Assembly (NCBI GenBank): GCA_035574255.1
Contig: DATLYZ010000031.1
Span: 142,197 to 206,196, forward strand
Direction: 5' to 3'
Source of the DNA: Gemmatimonadales bacterium
GTDB lineage: Bacteria; Gemmatimonadota; Gemmatimonadetes; Gemmatimonadales; GWC2-71-9
Length of the DNA stretch: 64,000 nt
Below the pieces are notes generated by a model. That model saw nothing but the letters and a program-made list of their open reading frames with translations. It ran no database searches and was not told the origin of the DNA. Both the position numbers and the translations under genes were made by a program. This document shows, in pieces, positions 18,528-26,716 of the stretch. The stretch's first letter is position 1. Every line of letters begins with the position of its first letter.

Positions 18528-18619
18528 CAACAGGGGCGAGTCCGAGACCCGCCCCTGTTGATTGTACCCGGGTGCACCGGTGGTGTGTAGGGGCAGGGCC
18601 GTTGCGACCCCGCCCCTAC
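18528..18619 (-). terminator. Two strong GC hairpins between xoxF stop and xoxJ start (attenuator or mRNA-stabilising elements)
   Basis: CAACAGGGGCG-N11-CGCCCCTGTTG (18528-18560, perfect 11 bp) and GTAGGGGCAGGG-N9-CCCCGCCCCTAC (18587-18619, 12 bp with one mismatch). The latter begins 8 nt after the stop. No U-tract. Confidence 0.5.
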
Positions 18620-18626
18620 CGGATGG

Positions 18627-20465
18627 CTAGAGACCGAAGACGGTCAGCACGCCACCCTGGGTGGAGAACTGCCCGGCGTCCCCGAAGGCGCCCAGCGCGC
18701 CCAGACCCGCGGTGGGGTCTTCGGCGCCGATGCCGGCGGCGACACCGATCCCCGCCCAGCCGCCGATGCCCGACAGGACGGCCACATACTGCTTGCCATC
18801 CGGGGCCCGGTAGGTCATCGGGTTGCCGATGATGCCGGACGGAGTCTTGAACTTCCAGAGGACCTTGCCGGTCTTCTGGTCAACGGCCTTGAGCCAGCCT
18901 TCCATCGTGCCGTAGAAGACCAGGCCGCCGGCGGTCGTGAGAGCGCCGCCGTAGGCCGCGAGGTTCTCCTTGATCTCCCACACGACGGACTGCGCCCGGT
19001 CCTTGCCCGGAGTCGGATCCCAGGCGAAGAACCGCCCGCGGTGACCGCCAGGGCCCGGGAACATCCGGACGATGGCGCCCACGTACGGCTGGCCGCGAGT
19101 GTACTTCACCTCCACCCCTTCATAGTCCATGCAGATGTGGTTCGCGGGGACGTAGAAGAGGCCGGTGATGGGCGAGTACGCGGCGGGCTGCTGGTCCTTG
19201 AAGCCGATCGCGGCGGGGCAGATGCCCTCGGTGTTCTTCTTCGAGGTGGTCCCGTACTTGGGATCCCGGATCGGCAGGCCGGTGGTCAGGTCGATCTGCT
19301 CCTTCGCCCAGTTGACCGGCCCGTAGGCCACGGCCTTCACCAGCTTGCCGTTGGTCCGGTCGATGGTGTAGGCGAACCCGTTGCGGTCGAAGTGCTGGAG
19401 CAGCTTCTGGCCGCCCTTCTCGAAGAGGATGTTCTCATTGACGCCGTCGTAGTCCCACTCGTCATGCGGCGTCATCTGATAGATCCACTTCACCTTGCCG
19501 GTGGTCGGGTTGCGGGCGAAGATGGACATGGACCACTTGTTGTCGCCCGGCCGCTGATCGGGGTTCCAGGTCCCCGGGTTCCCGACGCTGTAGTAGAACA
19601 GGTCGAGCTCGGGGTCGTAGCTGTACCAGCCCCAGGTGGTCCCGCCGCCCCGCTTCCACTCGTCACCCTGCCAGGTGGTCACCCCGAGGTCCTTGCCCTT
19701 GTGCGAGGCATAGTTGGCGTTCGCATCGCCCTCGAGCAGGACTTCGCTGTCCGGGCCGGTGGAGTACCCGGTCCACAGGTGCTTGCCGGTGTTGGCATCG
19801 AAGGCCGAGACCCGACCGCGGACCCCGAACTCACCACCGGAGATCCCGGCGATGACGATGTCCTTGATGACGATCGGGGCGTTGGTCATCGTGGCGCCCT
19901 GGGTGTACTTGATGGCCTCTTCCTGGGAGCCGCTCTTCGCCGGGTGCTGCGCCTTCCAGAGCTCCTTGCCGGTCTTGGCATCGAGCGCCAGCAGCTCGCC
20001 CTGCAGCAGCTGGATGTAGATCTTCCCGCTCGGATGATAGGCGGTGCCGCGGTTCACCAGGTCGCAACAGGCGATCGGGATCGCGTCGGGGTTCTGATTG
20101 GGGACATGCTTCCAGATCATCGGCGCGCCCTCCTTGGACAGGTCGAGCGCGTAGACGATGTTCGGGAACGAGGTGTGGACGTACATCACGTTCCCGATCA
20201 CGAGCGGGTTGCCCTCGTGACCGCGAAGGGTACCCGTCGAGAACGTCCAGGCCGCCTTGAGATTGGCGACGTTGGACGTGTTGATCTGGGCCAGCGGGCT
20301 GAAGCGCTGCAGGCTGTAATCCCGGCCCGTCATATGCCATTCGCCCTCGGGCGCATTCCGGGTCCAAGCCCCGGAACGGGCCTGGGCGTCGGCCGACGGG
20401 GCGACCAGGGTCATGAGCCCCAGCACCAGTCCGCCAGACACCATCCTGCGGGTGATACGGTTCAT
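18627..20465 (-). CDS. xoxF: PQQ-dependent methanol/ethanol dehydrogenase, XoxF (lanthanide) type
   Basis: Signal peptide MNRITRRMVSGGLVLGLMTLVAPSADAQ, vicinal-disulfide IACCD, repeated W-motif propeller blades, and ..PHDEWDYDGVNE.. (DYD at about 19446-19454). The ORF-track start 20912 was trimmed to Met150. Confidence 0.93.
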   Translation of the reverse strand: MNRITRRMVSGGLVLGLMTLVAPSADAQARSGAWTRNAPEGEWHMTGRDYSLQRFSPLAQINTSNVANLKAAWTFSTGTLRGHEGNPLVIGNVMYVHTSFPNIVYALDLSKEGAPMIWKHVPNQNPDAIPIACCDLVNRGTAYHPSGKIYIQLLQGELLALDAKTGKELWKAQHPAKSGSQEEAIKYTQGATMTNAPIVIKDIVIAGISGGEFGVRGRVSAFDANTGKHLWTGYSTGPDSEVLLEGDANANYASHKGKDLGVTTWQGDEWKRGGGTTWGWYSYDPELDLFYYSVGNPGTWNPDQRPGDNKWSMSIFARNPTTGKVKWIYQMTPHDEWDYDGVNENILFEKGGQKLLQHFDRNGFAYTIDRTNGKLVKAVAYGPVNWAKEQIDLTTGLPIRDPKYGTTSKKNTEGICPAAIGFKDQQPAAYSPITGLFYVPANHICMDYEGVEVKYTRGQPYVGAIVRMFPGPGGHRGRFFAWDPTPGKDRAQSVVWEIKENLAAYGGALTTAGGLVFYGTMEGWLKAVDQKTGKVLWKFKTPSGIIGNPMTYRAPDGKQYVAVLSGIGGWAGIGVAAGIGAEDPTAGLGALGAFGDAGQFSTQGGVLTVFGL

Positions 20466-20975
20466 AGGGGACCTCGTGATGAAGGGTGAGCCAGCAGCCA
20501 GGAGGCTGCCGATCTGCTCAGGGACGCCCTCGCCGCGGTCGCGCCGGCGAAACACGGCCGCCTCGAGAACACCCTGTTCCTGCAAACTTCCCATGACCAC
20601 AAAGCGCAACGGCCACCCGGCGTCAGCGCCAGGCGGCCGCGGATAGTCCGGACCGGAACGGATAGCAGCCCCGCCACCACGCAGACCGCGAGGCCCGGTG
20701 GCAAGGCTTCCACTGGGTTCCGATGCCCGACGCAGAGGTAATGCGGCAACAAGCGGCCACTGCAACCTCAACATCCGGAGGTCCGCTGGCCGGGACGGCC
20801 CCGCGGACTGGCGGTCAAGTTGTGCTGAGAAAGGGGGCTTGTTATCGGTCGAGGAGAGGCCCCGACTGTTGCGGCCCAACTGGTTCAGTTGGTTGTACCG
20901 TCCAGGGCCCAAAGTGTTCCCCGCCGAGCGGCCCCTGGAGGTGGAGGGCCAGTATACAGCCCACCCGGGAGTGTG

Positions 20976-21965
20976 TCAATCTCGTCCCACCTCGGCCCAG
21001 GCGGCATGCACCAGCGCCCCCCGGGCGGCAAAGCCGGTCTCGTAGACCTGCGCTTCAGGGCCCAGGAGCGCCCGAACCCGGCGGGCCAGATCCCGGGCCG
21101 CATCGGCATCGGGTACTATGGCGTAAGTTGCTGGGCCCCAAGAACTTTGGCCTACTCCACAGGCTCCAAACTCGGCCATTCGCGCAACGAGTTCCGCGGT
21201 GGCCCCGGGAGCGAACCGGCCTCCCTGGGCGGGGGCGAACCACCCCCCGGTGATGCGTTGCACCGTGGTGAGCGCCGCCCCGAAGGCCGGCAAATCGCCC
21301 TCGGCGAGCGCCGGGAGGAGCTGCATGAGAACCAGGTGGGCCACGCGCTCCACCTCGTGCTCGGAGGGCGGCGGCAGGTTGCGAAAGGCCTCGTCCTCCG
21401 CGACCCCGCTCAGTCCCGGCGGGCCCTCCGGGATCGCGATCACGCAGCGCCAGGGGGCGGGGACGGGGAGCCGCGAGATGAGCGGAGCCACCTCGCTGCT
21501 CCCGTCCCGCCGCCCGCCCTCCAGGACGAAGCCGCCCAGGGCGAACGTCCAGGTGCCGATCGCGGATCGCTGGCCGCGGCCCACGGCGCGCGCGAGGGCC
21601 AGCGGCTCCGAGGAGAGCCCGTAGAGTTCCGCGAGTGCCCGGGCCACGGCGAGGGCCAGCTGGGTACCCGACCCCAAGCCCACATGCGCGGGGATGGCCT
21701 GGAGGACCCGCAGATGCGCCCCGCCGGGACGGCCCACCGCTTCGAGGTAGCGCCTGGCGTAGTGCTGCGCCCGCCCGCTGTCGGGCCCCTCGGCGGTGAG
21801 CCCCTCGGCGCGCACCGCTTCGAGCCGGACGGAGGGGACCGGCACGGCCGCCCCGATGCCCCCGAAGCGCCGGCCGAGGTGACCCCGGAGATCCAGCACC
21901 CCGAAGTGGAGTCGCGCCGGCGCTTCCACCGTCACCCGAACGGGGAGTTGCGCGTTCCGGCTCAT
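20976..21965 (-). CDS. mptG: Beta-ribofuranosylaminobenzene 5'-phosphate synthase (H4MPT biosynthesis)
   Basis: ..VEAPARLHFGVLDL....FGGIG.. and the GHMP-like ..GLGSGTQLALAVA.. block. ATGA overlap with the upstream gene. Confidence 0.85.
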   Translation of the reverse strand: MSRNAQLPVRVTVEAPARLHFGVLDLRGHLGRRFGGIGAAVPVPSVRLEAVRAEGLTAEGPDSGRAQHYARRYLEAVGRPGGAHLRVLQAIPAHVGLGSGTQLALAVARALAELYGLSSEPLALARAVGRGQRSAIGTWTFALGGFVLEGGRRDGSSEVAPLISRLPVPAPWRCVIAIPEGPPGLSGVAEDEAFRNLPPPSEHEVERVAHLVLMQLLPALAEGDLPAFGAALTTVQRITGGWFAPAQGGRFAPGATAELVARMAEFGACGVGQSSWGPATYAIVPDADAARDLARRVRALLGPEAQVYETGFAARGALVHAAWAEVGRD

Positions 21966-22537
21966 CCGGCGGCCGTTCCGTTCAGCCGGGCCTGGACGTA
22001 GGCCACGAGGAGCGCCATCGCCTCGCGCTCCGAGGGGCCGGCCGTCTTGTCCACGATGAGCTGGAGCCGCTCGTACTCCCCGCGGAGCTGCTCGGCCGGG
22101 AGCAGATGGACCCGGGTGGCGAGGATGGCGGCTTCGAGCACGGCATGGCGTGCCCGGTTGAAACCGAGAAACTCCCGGCGCACGCCCCGGTGCACTACCC
22201 GGGTCACGATCCGGGCCCGCGGCGGCGTGGCGTCGAACGAGACGACCTCCAGCTCGCGCCAGGAACACGCAGCCTCCAGGACGGCGCCGGGTACCACCTG
22301 GGCGGGGAAGGTGGGGGGGGAGGCGGCCGCCGGGTGATGGATCACGGCCTGCGCGAACAGCAAGGCGTCGTCGGTGAGGTTCACCACGGCGACCCCGGTG
22401 TCGCGGAGGTTCCGGAAGGTCGTCGTCTCGAGATAGGGCTTGATCACGATCTCGTCTTCACCCCACTCCACGCCCATGGGCGCGCAGTTGAGCACACCCT
22501 CCGGGTTCCGGGTGGTGAGGAGTGTTTCGACGATCAT
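21962..22537 (-). CDS. DUF447-family protein (FMN-binding split-barrel-like; H4MPT-cluster associated)
   Basis: Only the last 191 codons of ORF 21962..24412 are used (MIVETLLTTRNPEGVLNCAPMGV..). The family is recalled from H4MPT gene clusters of methylotrophs and archaea. Confidence 0.7.
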   Translation of the reverse strand: MIVETLLTTRNPEGVLNCAPMGVEWGEDEIVIKPYLETTTFRNLRDTGVAVVNLTDDALLFAQAVIHHPAAASPPTFPAQVVPGAVLEAACSWRELEVVSFDATPPRARIVTRVVHRGVRREFLGFNRARHAVLEAAILATRVHLLPAEQLRGEYERLQLIVDKTAGPSEREAMALLVAYVQARLNGTAAG

Positions 22538-24450
22538 CGCGGGCCGGCCAGCACGGGGAGCTCGAGGTGGGACGGGAAGCGGGGGCTCCGCCAGATCCGG
22601 TGGGTCGCGGCGCGGAAATCGCCCGGCCGTGCCTCGAAGATGTTGGGCACGAAGCGCTGCGGGTTCCGGTCGTAAAGCGGAAACCAGGTGCTTTGCACCT
22701 GCACCATGATGCGGTGGCCGCGGAGGAAGCGGTAGCACTGCTGCCGGAGCGGGACGGTGTAGCGGAGCACCCGGCCCGGCGGGATGGGCTCGGGTCGTTC
22801 GAAGCTCCGCCGGTAGCGGCCCCGCAGGATCTCCGAGGCGACCATGAGCTGGTAGCCGCCCATCGAGGGGTCGGCCTCCACGGTATCCGGGTACACGTCG
22901 ATCAGCTTCACCACCCAGTCGGCGTCGCTTCCCGTGGTAGAGGCGAACAGCTGGGCCGCCAGGTCTCCGGCGATGGTGAGGTCGTCCGCCAGCGGCTCGG
23001 TCTGCCAGGTGAGGACGTCCGGCCGGTTGTCCACGAAGCGCTGGTCTTCCACCAGCCAGGTGGACCAGCCGGAGCCGCGGCTGTCGTAGGTCTGCTCGAC
23101 GGGACGGCGGCGGTAGGGGACGGGGTGCGCGGGGTCCGAGACGAACTGATCGTACGGGGCGGTGTCCTGGGGAGCCGGCGGCGCGAACGCGAGCCGGCCG
23201 TTCGGGGCGAAATAGAGGCGCTTGATCTCGGTATCCCGCCGCGGGGGCCAGTGATCGAAGCTGCGCCAGAGGTTGGAGCCCCCTTCGAAGACCAATGCCT
23301 CGAGGAACGGGAGGCCGGGCCGGCCCTTGAGCCAGTGAGCAAACCAGGGAGCCTGGATCTCCCGGCGAAAGGTCCGGCCGGTGGGGCTCCGGAAATGGAT
23401 TCGGCCCAGGGCCTCGGCATCGCCCCGGTTCCAGCCCCCGTGATTCCAGGGGCCGACCACGAGGAAGTTGATCCCCGCCGTATCGAGCCGCTCGAGCGCC
23501 GCGTAGGTCGCGAGCGGGCCGTAGAAGTCCTCCTGGTCCCACCACCCGCCCACGGTCAGCGTGGGCACCGCCAGACGGGTGAGGTAGGTGGGGAGGGCGC
23601 GCGCTTTCCAGAAGCGGTCGTATGCGGGGTGGGCCACGAAGTGGTTCCAGGTCGGTACCCGGCCGCGGAGCAGGGTGCCGATCCGCGAGAGCGGCCCCAG
23701 CTCCCGATACCAGTCGAAGGTGTCGTAGCGATCGATGGGGACCGGCACCGAGCCGTCCTTCGACAGCTCCATGGCGGCGGCGTATTCGAAGCCGTAGGAG
23801 AGGCGGAAGGCGCCGTTGTGGAAGAAGTCGTCCCCCATCCACGTATCGGTCATCGGCGCCTGGGGTGAGACCGCCTTCACCGCGGGATGGGGGGCGATCC
23901 CGGCCATCGCGGCGAGCCAGCCGGGGTAGGAGACGCCGATCACCCCCACGGCGCCGTTGTGGCCGGGCACCTGCCTGACGAGCCAGTCCACGGTATCCCA
24001 GGTATCGGTGCTCTCGTCCACGCCCCCGGAGTCCGCCGGATCGTGGAGCGGCCGATTCATCACGAACTCGCCCTCGGAATCGTACCGCCCCCGGATGTCC
24101 TGGAAGGCGAAGAGGTAGCCGTCCTCCGCCAGCTCCTGGTACTCGCCGCGGAGCGCGCGCGGAGGCCGGCCGGCGATCCCGTAGGGAGTTCTGAGGAGGA
24201 TGATCGGGAGGGGCTCCCGGGCGTCGGTGGGACGGTACACGTAGGTGTGGAGCCGGCGGCCGTCGCGCATCGGGATCATGACCATGTCCGCGGTAAACCC
24301 GTCCACCGGGTCGGCCGGGGCCTGGGCGAGGGCCGGCGCCGCCGGCCCGGCGGCGAGGGTCCCGAGGACCAGGGCGAGGGCCCACCGCAGGCCTGGAACG
24401 GGCGGCGAGCACGGGCGGAGTCGGCTGGGGCAGGACGAGGACAGGGTCAT
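22534..24450 (-). CDS. CocE/NonD-family (S15 X-Pro dipeptidyl-peptidase-like) hydrolase, secreted
   Basis: Signal peptide. ..LLRTPYG.., nucleophile block GVSYPGW, and a C-terminal jelly-roll region. Start taken at MTLSSS. Confidence 0.8.
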   Translation of the reverse strand: MTLSSSCPSRLRPCSPPVPGLRWALALVLGTLAAGPAAPALAQAPADPVDGFTADMVMIPMRDGRRLHTYVYRPTDAREPLPIILLRTPYGIAGRPPRALRGEYQELAEDGYLFAFQDIRGRYDSEGEFVMNRPLHDPADSGGVDESTDTWDTVDWLVRQVPGHNGAVGVIGVSYPGWLAAMAGIAPHPAVKAVSPQAPMTDTWMGDDFFHNGAFRLSYGFEYAAAMELSKDGSVPVPIDRYDTFDWYRELGPLSRIGTLLRGRVPTWNHFVAHPAYDRFWKARALPTYLTRLAVPTLTVGGWWDQEDFYGPLATYAALERLDTAGINFLVVGPWNHGGWNRGDAEALGRIHFRSPTGRTFRREIQAPWFAHWLKGRPGLPFLEALVFEGGSNLWRSFDHWPPRRDTEIKRLYFAPNGRLAFAPPAPQDTAPYDQFVSDPAHPVPYRRRPVEQTYDSRGSGWSTWLVEDQRFVDNRPDVLTWQTEPLADDLTIAGDLAAQLFASTTGSDADWVVKLIDVYPDTVEADPSMGGYQLMVASEILRGRYRRSFERPEPIPPGRVLRYTVPLRQQCYRFLRGHRIMVQVQSTWFPLYDRNPQRFVPNIFEARPGDFRAATHRIWRSPRFPSHLELPVLAGPR

Positions 24451-24614
24451 CGTGTCATCGGGCGGGTGGGCAGCCAGGGTGTGGGGTGGAACATGACCGG
24501 AGTCGCCACCCGCCTCAACCCGGAACCCGCGCCCGGGATCGGGCTGGCGCGGTGTGCAGCGTCCCACGCGCGGCAGGGCGGGCGCGGCGCCAAGCGATCA
24601 TTCCCGTACCCCGA

Positions 24615-25283
24615 TCACCGGACCAGATCGGGCGGTGGTGGCGCCGCGGCCAGGCCGGGTTCGCCGCCGGAGATCGGTACGGAGGCGCCGTCGGCCCGGT
24701 CCGGCAGGTTGACGCCGCGGCCGCCGGTCAGGAACCAGTCGAGCATCCGATAGCCGTACTCGGTGAGGACCGACTCGGGGTGGAACTGAACCCCGGTCAC
24801 CGGGTGCGTCGCGTGCTGCACCGCCATGATCTCCCCGTCGTCGGCGGTGGCGGTCACCGTCAGTTCGGGGGGCACCGACTCCGGCGCGATCACCAGCGAG
24901 TGGTATCGCGTGGCGGTGAACGGGCTGGGAAGGCCGGTGAAGATGCCGGTGCCCCGGTGGTAGATCCGTGACGTCTTGCCGTGCATGGGCCGGGTGGCGC
25001 GGACGATCTCCGCGCCGTAGGCCTGACCGATGGCCTGGTGCCCGAGGCAGACGCCCAGCAGCGGGACGTGGGGACCCAGGCGGCGAATCACCTCGAGCGA
25101 GATCCCGGCCTCGTTCGGCGTGCAGGGGCCGGGGGAGATGATGATATGGCTGGGTGCGAGTGCGGCGATCTCCTCCACGGTCACGGCGTCGTTCCGCCGG
25201 ACCACCGGCTCGGCGCCCAGCTCGGCGACGTAGCGCGCCAGGTTGTACACGAAGCTGTCGTAGTTATCGATGAGCAGGATCAT
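24615..25283 (-). CDS. pabA: Aminodeoxychorismate/anthranilate synthase component II (glutamine amidotransferase)
   Basis: MILLIDNYDSFVYNL.., GVCLGHQ (catalytic Cys), ..FHPES... Confidence 0.9.
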   Translation of the reverse strand: MILLIDNYDSFVYNLARYVAELGAEPVVRRNDAVTVEEIAALAPSHIIISPGPCTPNEAGISLEVIRRLGPHVPLLGVCLGHQAIGQAYGAEIVRATRPMHGKTSRIYHRGTGIFTGLPSPFTATRYHSLVIAPESVPPELTVTATADDGEIMAVQHATHPVTGVQFHPESVLTEYGYRMLDWFLTGGRGVNLPDRADGASVPISGGEPGLAAAPPPPDLVR

Positions 25284-26716
25284 GGCGTCGTCACCGCGCC
25301 GGCGAGCGCCGCCACCAGGGCGCGCGCCTTGTCGAGGGTCTCCTGATACTCGGCTTCGGGGTCGCTGTCCGCCACGATCCCGCCTCCCACCGAGAAGTAC
25401 ACCCGCCCCCCGACCACGAGGCAGGTCCGGATCACGATGCTCGTGTCCATCGCGCCGGTGAGGCTCAGGTACCCGATGGCCCCGCAGTAGACGGCGCGGC
25501 GGGTGGGCTCGAGTTCCGCGATGATCTCCATCGCCCGCACCTTCGGCGCCCCCGTGATGGAGCCGCCCGGGAAGGCCGCCGCGAGGAGGTCGGTGGCGGT
25601 CCGTCCCGGCTCGAGCCGGCCCACGACGGTGGACACCAGATGGTGGACCGTGCGGTAGGGCTCCAGCGCGAAGAGTTCCGGCACGCGGACGGTCCCTGGC
25701 CGGCAGACCCGCGAGAGATCGTTTCGCAAGAGGTCCACGATCATCAGGTTCTCGGCCCGGTCCTTCTCGCTCTCCTGGAGGGCGCGGGAGAGCGCGGCGT
25801 CGTGGAGCGGCGAGAGGCCTCGCGGGCGCGTCCCCTTGATGGGGCGGGTTTCCACCCGGCCCGACGGATCCACCTGGAGGAACCGCTCGGGCGAGGCGCT
25901 GGCCACGACCACCCCCTCGAACTCGAGGTAGGCGGCGAACGGCGCCGGATTCACCTCCCGGAGCCGCCGGTACAGGGCCCACGGATCCTCTTCGAGCGTC
26001 GCCTCCAGCCGCTGCGAGAGGTTGGCCTGGAAGATGTCGCCCGCCACGATGTAGTCCCGCACCCGGGTGACCGCGTCGAGGTAGCCGCGGCGCGTGAAGG
26101 TGGAGCGGAGCCCGATGAGATCCGCCAGCTCCAGACCGCGGACCGGGTAACTGGGGGCGGGGGGGGGCAACTTGCGAGGCGGCAGGAGGCGCCCGGCCGC
26201 GCCGCCGGCCGGCCCGGCCAGCCGGCGCTTCACCCACGCCAGCCGCTCGGCGGCCCGCGCGGGGCGCCGGCTTCCCGCCGCCGGTACGCCGGTGGAGACG
26301 AGCCAGGCCCGGCGCTGCGCGTGATCCCAGGCCAGCACCCAGTCGTAGAGCCCGAGGACGAGGTCGGGGAGGTCGAGATCGTCGTAGCGCGGCGCCGGGA
26401 GCCGCTCCAGGACCGCACCGTAGTCGTAGGCCAGGTAGCCGGCCGCGCCCCCCTGGAACGGCGGCAGGCCGGGGACCGGATCGCTCCGGTGCGCGGCCAG
26501 CAGGGCCGCAACCTGCTCCAGCCCGCTCGGTGCCGCCCGCCCCTTGGTGCGAACCACGGCCACCGGCGCCGCGCTCAGGAACGAGTAGCGGCCCAGGCGG
26601 AGCGGGTCCGCCGCGCTGTCCAGGAAGAGCAGATGGGGCTGGCCTAGCAGGCGCTCCGCGGCGGCGACCGGGTCCGGCGGCGGGACCAGTTCCTCGACCA
26701 GGGGAAGCGGGCTCAT
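25280..26716 (-). CDS. pabB: Aminodeoxychorismate synthase component I
   Basis: Chorismate-binding C-terminal blocks ..SPERFL.., ..GTRPRG.., ..FPGGSITGAPK.., ..YCGAIGY... ATGA overlaps on both sides. Confidence 0.9.
   Translation of the reverse strand: MSPLPLVEELVPPPDPVAAAERLLGQPHLLFLDSAADPLRLGRYSFLSAAPVAVVRTKGRAAPSGLEQVAALLAAHRSDPVPGLPPFQGGAAGYLAYDYGAVLERLPAPRYDDLDLPDLVLGLYDWVLAWDHAQRRAWLVSTGVPAAGSRRPARAAERLAWVKRRLAGPAGGAAGRLLPPRKLPPPAPSYPVRGLELADLIGLRSTFTRRGYLDAVTRVRDYIVAGDIFQANLSQRLEATLEEDPWALYRRLREVNPAPFAAYLEFEGVVVASASPERFLQVDPSGRVETRPIKGTRPRGLSPLHDAALSRALQESEKDRAENLMIVDLLRNDLSRVCRPGTVRVPELFALEPYRTVHHLVSTVVGRLEPGRTATDLLAAAFPGGSITGAPKVRAMEIIAELEPTRRAVYCGAIGYLSLTGAMDTSIVIRTCLVVGGRVYFSVGGGIVADSDPEAEYQETLDKARALVAALAGAVTTP

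Noticed and set aside
18627-20465. Calcium-dependent MxaF-type methanol dehydrogenase
   Set aside because: The protein has DYD rather than DYA after the catalytic Asp. There is no mxaI small-subunit gene and no mxaACKL-type insertion genes adjacent. The gene order F-J-G matches xox clusters.
20462-20752. 96-aa minus-strand ORF and other small ORFs in the xoxF upstream region
   Set aside because: They have no Shine-Dalgarno sequence, no recognisable motif and a shadow-like composition. One overlaps the xoxF start region in another frame.
22538-24412. N-terminal 625 codons of the 816-aa ORF 21962..24412
   Set aside because: This part overlaps the CocE/NonD gene in another frame and is Arg/Pro-rich. 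Only the last 191 codons (the DUF447 protein, starting at an ATG that overlaps the upstream stop) look like real protein.
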